DNA from: Auanema rhodensis
Taxonomy: Eukaryota > Animalia > Nematoda
Reading direction: 5' to 3'
Length of the DNA stretch: 64,000 nt
NCBI GenBank assembly: GCA_964057225.1
Contig: OZ059895.1
Location: 21,700,001 to 21,764,000, forward strand
The position numbers were made by a program, and so were the translations under genes. A model generated the notes under the pieces. The model saw nothing but the letters and a program-made list of their open reading frames with translations. It had not been told where the DNA came from and did not search any database. Below, in pieces: positions 53,001 to 64,000 of the stretch; positions within the stretch are counted from its first letter, which is position 1, and each line of letters starts with the position of its first letter.

Positions 53001-53604
53001 GTGCATTCGATGCGGATTTTCAAGCTGCGTCGATCTGTGTTATCAGATTTGCGCTAGCTTAAAAATGCACCGAGATATCAACTGATATATGTTCACACTT
53101 ATATCCTCGATTTTCACCCTGAAGAAATTATTTTTTCGTTGAATAACATTGTCCATCGTCTTTGCCTTGAAAAAAGGAATCTAAAAACATCTACTTCTTG
53201 CTGAATTATTTTGAAATTTTTCGAAAAAATTTTTGTCAAAATGTTTTTGGAAGCAATGTTGAGTGTACATGGAAACTCAACATACACTAATGCATCATTT
53301 TTCAAACGATCATAACTAATTTTTGTATTGAGCGTTTCTCAATGTAGTATAGTGCATTCGATGCGGATTTTTAAGCTGCGTCGATCTGTGTTATCAGATT
53401 TGCGCTAGCTTAAAAATGCACCGAGATATCAACTGATATATGTTCACACTTATATCCTCGATTTTCACCCTGAAGAAATTATTTTTTCGTTGAATAACAT
53501 TGTCCATCGTCTTTGCCTTGAAAAAAGGAATCTAAAAACATCTACTTCTTGCTAAATTATTTTGAAATTTTTCGAAAAAATTTTTGTCAAAATGTTTTTG
53601 GAAG
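50095..53604 (+). repeat. Tandem 5-mer duplication (M140-144 approx. M145-149; 1755-bp unit)
   Basis: Rare SNPs repeat at offset 1755: 50984/52739, 51266/53021, 51448/53203. This also explains the two identical 63-aa minus-strand ORFs. Confidence 0.9.
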
Positions 53605-56600
53605 CAATGTTGAGTGTACATGGAAACTCAACATACACTAATGCATCATTTTTCAAACGATCATAACTAATTTTTGTATTGAGCGTTTCTCAATGTAGTA
53701 TAGTGCATTCGATGCGGATTTTTAAGCTGCGTCGATCTGTGTTATCAGATTTGCGCTAGCTTAAAAATGCACCGAGATATCAACTGATATATGTTCACAC
53801 ATATATCCTCGATTTTCACCCTGAAGAAATTATTTTTTCGTTGAATAACATTGTCCATCGTCTTTGCCTTGAAAAAAGGAATCTAAAAACATCTACTTCT
53901 TGCTAAATTATTTTGAAATTTTTCGAAAAAATTTTTGTCAAAATGTTTTTGGAAGCAATGTTGAGTGTACATGGAAACTCAACATACACTAATGCATCAT
54001 TTTTCAAACGATCATAACTAATTTTTGTATTGAGCGTTTCTCGATGTAGTATAGTGCATTCGATGCGGATTTTTAAGCTGCGTCGATCTGTGTTATCAGA
54101 TTTGCGCTAGCTTAAAAATGCACCGAGATATCAACTGATATATGTTCACACTTATATCCTCGATTTTCACCCTGAAGAAATTATTTTTTCGTTGAATAAC
54201 ATTGTCCATCGTCTTTGCCTTGAAAAAAGGAATCTAAAAACATCTACTTCTTGCTAAATTATTTTGAAATTTTTCGAAAAAATTTTTGTCAAAATGTTTT
54301 TGGAAGCAATGTTGAGTGTACATGGAAACTCAACATACACTAATGCATCATTTTTCAAACGATCATAACTAATTTTTGTATTGAGCGTTTCTCAATGTAG
54401 TATAGTGCATTCGATGCGGATTTTTAAGCTGCGTCGATCTGTGTTATCAGATTTGCTCTAGCTTAAAAATGCACCGAGATATCAACTGATATATGTTCAC
54501 ACTTATATCCTCGATTTTCACCCTGAAGAAATTATTTTTTCGTTGAATAACATTGTCCATCGTCTTTGCCTTGAAAAAAGGAATCTAAAAACATCTACTT
54601 CTTGCTAAATTATTTTGAAATTTTTCGAAAAAATTTTTGTCAAAATGTTTTTGGAAGCAATGTTGAGTGTACATGGAAACTCAACATACACTAATGCATC
54701 ATTTTTCAAACGATCATAACTAATTTTTGTATTAAGCGTTTCTCAATGTAGTATAGTGCATTCGATGCGGATTTTTAAGCTGCGTCGATCTGTGTTATCA
54801 GATTTGCTCTAGCTTAAAAATGCACCGAGATATCAACTGATATATGTTCACACTTATATCCTCGATTTTCACCCTGAAGAAATTATTTTTTCGTTGAATA
54901 ACATTGTCCATCGTCTTTGCCTTGAAAAAAGGAATCTAAAAACATCTACTTCTTGCTAAATTATTTTGAAATTTTTCGAAAAAATTTTTGTCAAAATGTT
55001 TTTGGAAGCAATGTTGAGTGTACATGGAAACTCAACATACACTAATGCATCATTTTTCAAACGATCATAACTAATTTTTGTATTGAGCGTTTCTCGATGT
55101 AGTATAGTGCATTCGATGCGGATTTTTAAGCTGCGTCGATCTGTGTTATCAGATTTGCGCTAGCTTAAAAATGCACCGAGATATCAACTGATATAAGTTC
55201 ACACTTAGATCCTCGATTTTCACCCTGAAGAATTAATTTTTTCGTTGAATAACAATGTCCATCGTCTTTGCCTTGAAAAAAGAAATCTAAAAACATCTAC
55301 TTCTTGCTAAATTATTTTGAAATTTTTCGAAAAAATTTTTGTCAAAATGTTTTTGGAAGCAATGTTGAGTGTACATGGAAACTCAACATACACTAATGCA
55401 TCATTTTTCAAACGATCATAACTAATTTTTGTATTGAGCGTTTCTCAATGTAGTATAGTGCATTCGATGCGGATTTTTAAGCTGCGTCGATCTGTGTTAT
55501 CAGATTTGCGCTAGCTTAAAAATGCACCGAGATATCAACTGATATATGTTCACACTTATATCCTCGATTTTCACCCTGAAGAAATTATTTTTTCGTTGAA
55601 TAACATTGTCCATCGTCTTTGCCTTGAAAAAAGGAATATAAAAACATCTACTTCTTGCTAAATTATTTTGAAATTTTTCGAAAAAATTTTTGTCAAAATG
55701 TTTTTGGAAGCAATGTTGAGTGTACATGGAAACTCAACATACACTAATGCATCATTTTTCAAACGATCATAACTAATTTTTGTATTGAGCGTTTCTCAAT
55801 GTAGTATAGTGCATTCGATGCGGATTTTTAAGCTGCGTCGATCTGTGTTATCAGATTTGCGCTAGCTTAAAAATGCACCGAGATATCAACTGATATATGT
55901 TCACACTTATATCCTCGATTTTCACCCTGAAGAAATTATTTTTTCGTTGAATAACATTGTCCATCGTCTTTGCCTTGAAAAAAGGAATCTAAAAACATCT
56001 ACTTCTTGCTAAATTATTTTGAAATTTTTCGAAAAAATTTTTGTCAAAATGTTTTTGGAAGCAATGTTGAGTGTACATGGAAACTCAACATACACTAATG
56101 CATCATTTTTCAAACGATCATAACTAATTTTTGTATTGAGCGTTTCTCAATGTAGTATAGTGCATTCGATGCGGATTTTTAAGCTGCGTCGATCTGTGTT
56201 ATCAGATTTGCGCTAGCTTAAAAATGCACCGAGATATCAACTGATATATGTTCACACTTATATCCTCGATTTTCACCCTGAAGAAATTATTTTTTCGTTG
56301 AATAACATTGTCCATCGTCTTTGCCTTGAAAAAAGGAATCTAAAAACATCTACTTCTTGCTAAATTATTTTGAAATTTTTCGAAAAAATTTTTGTCAAAA
56401 TGTTTTTGGAAGCAATGTTGAGTGTACATGGAAACTCAACATACACTAATGCATCATTTTTCAAACGATCATAACTAATTTTTGTATTGAGCGTTTCTCA
56501 ATGTAGTATAGTGCATTCGATGCGGATTTTTAAGCTGCGTCGATCTGTGTTATCAGATTTGCGCTAGCTTAAAAATGCACCGAGATATCAACTGATATAT

Positions 56601-59600
56601 GTTCACACTTATATCCTCGATTTTCACCCTGAAGAAATTATTTTTTCGTTGAATAACATTGTCCATCGTCTTTGCCTTGAAAAAAGGAATCTAAAAACAT
56701 CTACTTCTTGCTAAATTATTTTGAAATTTTTCGAAAAAATTTTTGTCAAAATGTTTTTGGAAGCAATGTTGAGTGTACATGGAAACTCAACATACACTAA
56801 TGCATCATTTTTCAAACGATCATAACTAATTTTTGTATTGAGCGTTTCTCGATGTAGTATAGTGCATTCGATGCGGATTTTTAAGCTGCGTCGATCTGTG
56901 TTATCAGATTTGCGCTAGCTTAAAAATGCACCGAGATATCAACTGATATAAGTTCACACTTAGATCCTCGATTTTCACCCTGAAGAATTAATTTTTTCGT
57001 TGAATAACAATGTCCATCGTCTTTGCCTTGAAAAAACAAATCTAAAAACATCTACTTCTTGCTAAATTATTTTGAAATTTTTCGAAAAAATTTTTGTCAA
57101 AATGTTTTTGGAAGCAATGTTGAGTGTACATGGAAACTCAACATACACTAATGCATCATTTTTCAAACGATCATAACTAATTTTTGTATTGAGCGTTTCT
57201 CAATGTAGTATAGTGCATTCGATGCGGATTTTTAAGCTGCGTCGATCTGTGTTATCAGATTTGCGCTAGCTTAAAAATGCACCGAGATATCAACTGATAT
57301 ATGTTCACACTTATATCCTCGATTTTCACCCTGAAGAAATTATTTTTTCGTTGAATAACATTGTCCATCGTCTTTGCCTTGAAAAAAGGAATCTAAAAAC
57401 ATCTACTTCTTGCTAAATTATTTTGAAATTTTTCGAAAAAATTTTTGTCAAAATGTTTTTGGAAGCAATGTTGAGTGTACATGGAAACTCAACATACACT
57501 AATGCATCATTTTTCAAACGATCATAACTAGTTTTTGTATTGAGCGTTTCTCAATGTAGTATAGTGCATTCAATGCGGATTTTTAAGCTGCGTCGATCTG
57601 TGTTATCAGATTTGCTCTAGCTTAAAAATGCACCGAGATATCAACTGATATATGTTCACACTTATATCCTCGATTTTCACCCTGAAGAAATTATTTTTTC
57701 GTTGAATAACATTGTCCATCGTCTTTGCCTTGAAAAAAGGAATCTAAAAACATCTACTTCTTGCTAAATTATTTTGAAATTTTTCGAAAAAATTTTTGTC
57801 AAAATGTTTTTGGAAGCAATGTTGAGTGTACATGGAAACTCAACATACACTAATGCATCATTTTTCAAACGATCATAACTAATTTTTGTATTGAGCGTTT
57901 CTCAATGTAGTATAGTGCATTCAATGCGGATTTTTAAGCTGCGTCGATCTGTGTTATCAGATTTGCTCTAGCTTAAAAATGCACCGAGATATCAACTGAT
58001 ATATGTTCACACTTATATCCTCGATTTTCACCCTGAAGAAATTATTTTTTCGTTGAATAACATTGTCCATCGTCTTTGCCTTGAAAAAAGGAATCTAAAA
58101 ACATCTACTTCTTGCTAAATTATTTTGAAATTTTTCGAAAAAATTTTTGTCAAAATGTTTTTGGAAGCAATGTTGAGTGTACATGGAAACTCAACATACA
58201 CTAATGCATCATTTTTCAAACGATCATAACTAATTTTTGTATTAAGCGTTTCTCAATGTAGTATAGTGCATTCGATGCGGATTTTTAAGCTGCGTCGATC
58301 TGTGTTATCAGATTTGCTCTAGCTTAAAAATGCACCGAGATATCAACTGATATATGTTCACACTTATATCCTCGATTTTCACCCTGAAGAAATTATTTTT
58401 TCGTTGAATAACATTGTCCATCGTCTTTGCCTTGAAAAAAGGAATCTAAAAACATCTACTTCTTGCTAAATTATTTTGAAATTTTTCGAAAAAATTTTTG
58501 TCAAAATGTTTTTGGAAGCAATGTTGAGTGTACATGGAAACTCAACATACACTAATGCATCATTTTTCAAACGATCATAACTAATTTTTGTATTGAGCGT
58601 TTCTCAATGTAGTATAGTGCATTCGATGCGGATTTTTAAGCTGCGTCGATCTGTGTTATCAGATTTGCTCTAGCTTAAAAATGCACCGAGATATCAACTG
58701 ATATATGTTCACACTTATATCCTCGATTTTCACCCTGAAGAAATTATTTTTTCGTTGAATAACATTGTCCATCGTCTTTGCCTTGAAAAAAGGAATCTAA
58801 AAACATCTACTTCTTGCTAAATTATTTTGAAATTTTTCGAAAAAATTTTTGTCAAAATGTTTTTGGAAGCAATGTTGAGTGTACATGGAAACTCAACATA
58901 CACTAATGCATCATTTTTCAAACGATCATAACTAATTTTTGTATTAAGCGTTTCTCAATGTAGTATAGTGCATTCGATGCGGATTTTTAAGCTGCGTCGA
59001 TCTGTGTTATCAGATTTGCTCTAGCTTAAAAATGCACCGAGATATCAACTGATATATGTTCACACTTATATCCTCGATTTTCACCCTGAAGAAATTATTT
59101 TTTCGTTGAATAACATTGTCCATCGTCTTTGCCTTGAAAAAAGGAATCTAAAAACATCTACTTCTTGCTAAATTATTTTGAAATTTTTCGAAAAAATTTT
59201 TGTCAAAATGTTTTTGGAAGCAATGTTGAGTGTACATGGAAACTCAACATACACTAATGCATCATTTTTCAAACGATCATAACTAATTTTTGTATTGAGC
59301 GTTTCTCGATGTAGTATAGTGCATTCGATGCGGATTTTTAAGCTGCGTCGATCTGTGTTATCAGATTTGCGCTAGCTTAAAAATGCACCGAGATATCAAC
59401 TGATATAAGTTCACACTTAGATCCTCGATTTTCACCCTGAAGAATTAATTTTTTCGTTGAATAACAATGTCCATCGTCTTTGCCTTGAAAAAAGAAATCT
59501 AAAAACATCTACTTCTTGCTAAATTATATTGAAATTTTTCGAAAAAATTTTTGTCAAAATGTTTTTGGAAGCAATGTTGAGTGTACATGGAAACTCAACA

Positions 59601-62600
59601 TACACTAATGCATCATTTTTCAAACGATCATAACTAATTTTTGTATTGAGCGTTTCTCAATGTAGTATAGTGCATTCGATGCGGATTTTTAAGCTGCGTC
59701 GATCTGTGTTATCAGATTTGCGCTAGCTTAAAAATGCACCGAGATATCAACTGATATATGTTCACACTTATATCCTCGATTTTCACCCTGAAGAAATTAT
59801 TTTTTCGTTGAATAACATTGTCCATCGTCTTTGCCTTGAAAAAAGGAATCTAAAAACATCTACTTCTTGCTAAATTATTTTGAAATTTTTCGAAAAAATT
59901 TTTGTCAAAATGTTTTTGGAAGCAATGTTGAGTGTACATGGAAACTCAACATACACTAATGCATCATTTTTCAAACGATCATAACTAATTTTTGTATTGA
60001 GCGTTTCTCAATGTAGTATAGTGCATTCGATGCGGATTTTTAAGCTGCGTCGATCTGTGTTATCAGATTTGCGCTAGCTTAAAAATGCACCGAGATATCA
60101 ACTGATATATGTTCACACTTATATCCTCGATTTTCACCCTGAAGAAATTATTTTTTCGTTGAATAACATTGTCCATCGTCTTTGCCTTGAAAAAAGGAAT
60201 CTAAAAACATCTACTTCTTGCTAAATTATTTTGAAATTTTTCGAAAAAATTTTTGTCAAAATGTTTTTGGAAGCAATGTTGAGTGTACATGGAAACTCAA
60301 CATACACTAATGCATCATTTTTCAAACGATCATAACTAATTTTTGTATTGAGCGTTTCTCAATGTAGTATAGTGCATTCGATGCGGATTTTTAAGCTGCG
60401 TCGATCTGTGTTATCAGATTTGCGCTAGCTTGAAAATGCACCGAGATATCAACTGATATATGTTCACACTTATATCCTCGATTTTCACCCTGAAGAAATT
60501 ATTTTTTCGTTGAATAACATTGTCCATCGTCTTTGCCTTGAAAAAAGGAATCTAAAAACATCTACTTCTTGCTAAATTATTTTGAAATTTTTCGAAAAAA
60601 TTTTTGTCAAAATGTTTTTGGAAGCAATGTTGAGTGTACATGGAAACTCAACATACACTAATGCATCATTTTTCAAACGATCATAACTAATTTTTGTATT
60701 GAGCGTTTCTCAATGTAGTATAGTGCATTCGATGCGGATTTTTAAGCTGCGTCGATCTGTGTTATCAGATTTGCGCTAGCTTGAAAATGCACCGAGATAT
60801 CAACTGATATATGTTCACACTTAGATCCTCGATTTTCACCCTGAAGAATTAATTTTTTCGTTGAATAACAATGTCCATCGTCTTTGCTTTGAAAAAAGAA
60901 ATCTAAAAACATCTACTTCTTGCTAAATTATTTTGAAATTTTTCGAAAAAATTTTTGTCAAAATGTTTTTGGAAGCAATGTTGAGTGTACATGGAAACTC
61001 AACATACACTAATGCATCATTTTTCAAACGATCATAACTAATTTTTGTATTGAGCGTTTCTCAATGTAGTATAGTGCATTCGATGCGGATTTTTAAGCTG
61101 CGTCGATCTGTGTTATCAGATTTGCGCTAGCTTAAAAATGCACCGAGATATCAACTGATATATGTTCACACTTATATCCTCGATTTTCACCCTGAAGAAA
61201 TTATTTTTTCGTTGAATAACATTGTCCATCGTCTTTGCCTTGAAAAAAGGAATCTAAAAACATCTACTTCTTGCTAAATTATTTTGAAATTTTTCGAAAA
61301 AATTTTTGTCAAAATGTTTTTGGAAGCAATGTTGAGTGTACATGGAAACTCAACATACACTAATGCATCATTTTTCAAACGATCATAACTAATTTTTGTA
61401 TTGAGCGTTTCTCAATGTAGTATAGTGCATTCGATGCGGATTTTTAAGCTGCGTCGATCTGTGTTATCAGATTTGCGCTAGCTTAAAAATGCACCGAGAT
61501 ATCAACTGATATATGTTCACACTTATATCCTCGATTTTCACCCTGAAGAAATTATTTTTTCGTTGAATAACATTGTCCATCGTCTTTGCCTTGAAAAAAG
61601 GAATCTAAAAACATCTACTTCTTGCTAAATTATTTTGAAATTTTTCGAAAAAATTTTTGTCAAAATGTTTTTGGAAGCAATGTTGAGTGTACATGGAAAC
61701 TCAACATACACTAATGCATCATTTTTCAAACGATCATAACTAATTTTTGTATTGAGCGTTTCTCAATGTAGTATAGTGCATTCGATGCGGATTTTTAAGC
61801 TGCGTCGATCTGTGTTATCAGATTTGCGCTAGCTTAAAAATGCACCGAGATATCAACTGATATATGTTCACACTTATATCCTCGATTTTCACCCTGAAGA
61901 AATTATTTTTTCGTTGAATAACATTGTCCATCGTCTTTGCCTTGAAAAAAGGAATCTAAAAACATCTACTTCTTGCTAAATTATTTTGAAATTTTTCGAA
62001 AAAATTTTTGTCAAAATGTTTTTGGAAGCAATGTTGAGTGTACATGGAAACTCAACATACACTAATGCATCATTTTTCAAACGATCATAACTAATTTTTG
62101 TATTGAGCGTTTCTCAATGTAGTATAGTGCATTCGATGCGGATTTTTAAGCTGCGTCGATCTGTGTTATCAGATTTGCGCTAGCTTGAAAATGCACCGAG
62201 ATATCAACTGATATATGTTCACACTTATATCCTCGATTTTCACCCTGAAGAAATTATTTTTTCGTTGAATAACATTGTCCATCGTCTTTGCCTTGAAAAA
62301 AGGAATCTAAAAACATCTACTTCTTGCTAAATTATTTTGAAATTTTTCGAAAAAATTTTTGTCAAAATTGTTTTTGGAAGCAATGTTGAGTGTACATGGA
62401 AACTCAACATACACTAATGCATCATTTTTCAAACGATCATAACTAATTTTTGTATTGAGCGTTTCTCAATGTAGTATAGTGCATTCGATGCGGATTTTTA
62501 AGCTGCGTCGATCTGTGTTATCAGATTTGCGCTAGCTTAAAAATGCACCGAGATATCAACTGATATATGTTCACACTTATATCCTTGATTTTCACCCTGA

Positions 62601-64000
62601 AGAAATTATTTTTTCGTTGAATAACATTGTCCATCGTCTTTGCCTTGAAAAAAGGAATCTAAAAACATCTACTTCTTGCTAAATTATTTTGAAATTTTTC
62701 GAAAAAATTTTTGTCAAAATGTTTTTGGAAGCAATGTTGAGTGTACATGGAAACTCAACATACACTAATGCATCATTTTTCAAACGATCATAACTAATTT
62801 TTGTATTGAGCGTTTCTCAATGTAGTATAGTGCATTCGATGCGGATTTTTAAGCTGCGTCGATCTGTGTTATCAGATTTGCGCTAGCTTAAAAATGCACC
62901 GAGATATCAACTGATATATGTTCACACTTATATCCTCGATTTTCACCCTGAAGAAATTATTTTTTCGTTGAATAACATTGTCCATCGTCTTTGCCTTGAA
63001 AAAAGGAATCTAAAAACATCTACTTCTTGCTAAATTATTTTGAAATTTTTCGAAAAAATTTTTGTCAAAATGTTTTTGGAAGCAATGTTGAGTGTACATG
63101 GAAACTCAACATACACTAATGCATCATTTTTCAAACGATCATAACTAATTTTTGTATTGAGCGTTTCTCAATGTAGTATAGTGCATTCGATGCGGATTTT
63201 TAAGCTGCGTCGATCTGTGTTATCAGATTTGCGCTAGCTTAAAAATGCACCGAGATATCAACTGATATATGTTCACACTTATATCCTCGATTTTCACCCT
63301 GAAGAAATTATTTTTTCGTTGAATAACATTGTCCATCGTCTTTGCCTTGAAAAAAGGAATCTAAAAACATCTACTTCTTGCTAAATTATTTTGAAATTTT
63401 TCGAAAAAATTTTTGTCAAAATGTTTTTGGAAGCAATGTTGAGTGTACATGGAAACTCAACATACACTAATGCATCATTTTTCAAACGATCATAACTAAT
63501 TTTTGTATTGAGCGTTTCTCAATGTAGTATAGTGCATTCGATGCGGATTTTTAAGCTGCGTCGATCTGTGTTATCAGATTTGCGCTAGCTTAAAAATGCA
63601 CCGAGATATCAACTGATATATGTTCACACTTATATCCTCGATTTTCACCCTGAAGAAATTATTTTTTCGTTGAATAACATTGTCCATCGTCTTTGCCTTG
63701 AAAAAAGGAATCTAAAAACATCTACTTCTTGCTAAATTATTTTGAAATTTTTCGAAAAAATTTTTGTCAAAATGTTTTTGGAAGCAATGTTGAGTGTACA
63801 TGGAAACTCAACATACACTAATGCATCATTTTTCAAACGATCATAACTAATTTTTGTATTGAGCGTTTCTCAATGTAGTATAGTGCATTCGATGCGGATT
63901 TTTAAGCTGCGTCGATCTGTGTTATCAGATTTGCGCTAGCTTAAAAATGCACCGAGATATCAACTGATATATGTTCACACTTATATCCTCGATTTTCACC

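Larger units (their letters stand above)
37397..64000. repeat. 351-bp tandem satellite array, right arm (rest of M103 to partial M179; open at window end)
   Basis: Same monomer and orientation. Register is shifted by exactly 1305 bp (1303-bp element + 2-bp TSD): monomer starts at 37459, 38161, 45181, 52201 and 59221. A further +1 shift follows an extra T at 62368/62369. Confidence 0.99.

Noticed and set aside
55500-55727. 75-aa minus-strand ORF
   Set aside because: Created by a single p279 C>A substitution (TAG>TAT) in M155; closed in the other monomers.
28432-62731. CpG-deamination (methylation) signature among rare variants (p107A, p126T, p127A, p206T)
   Set aside because: About 4 of roughly 35 rare variants, too few to call. 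The monomer retains about 12 CpGs with no depletion.
1-64000. CRISPR array or prokaryotic repeat system
   Set aside because: No unique spacers: the entire 351-bp unit is repeated. No cas genes, and the transposase is of eukaryotic Tc1/mariner type.
1-64000. Telomeric repeats or array inversions
   Set aside because: No TTAGGC/TTAGG/TTAGGG runs, and all monomers are in one orientation.

Overview
Eukaryotic satellite DNA, probably invertebrate (nematode-like, but the host is only inferred). Almost the whole window is one head-to-tail array of a 351-bp monomer (about 68% AT; 178 full copies plus a partial one). Copies differ at only a few positions, and I found a single 1-bp indel in the array. 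The array is interrupted once, at a TA dinucleotide in monomer 103, by an apparently intact 1303-bp Tc1/mariner-superfamily transposon (36094-37396). It has perfect 26-bp TIRs, a TA target-site duplication and an uninterrupted 346-aa DD37D (maT-type) transposase. Reading SNP haplotypes monomer by monomer reveals hidden structure: a recurrent 6-SNP variant monomer, irregular 3- to 8-mer higher-order repeats, an 8-kb block duplicated at a 42-monomer offset, and region-specific variant layers. A 4-mer tandem duplication has its junction only 92-166 bp from the transposon's left end, and its sister copy has an empty site. The monomer itself is dense in inverted repeats and has a nested ~118-bp dyad and phased A/T tracts. 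I found no host genes, RNA genes or CRISPR arrays. I cannot support a new multi-gene system; the most interesting signals are the transposon-satellite recombination record and the monomer architecture. Monomer haplotypes were read by eye and need confirming by alignment. Notation: pN = position within the monomer, Mn = nth monomer.
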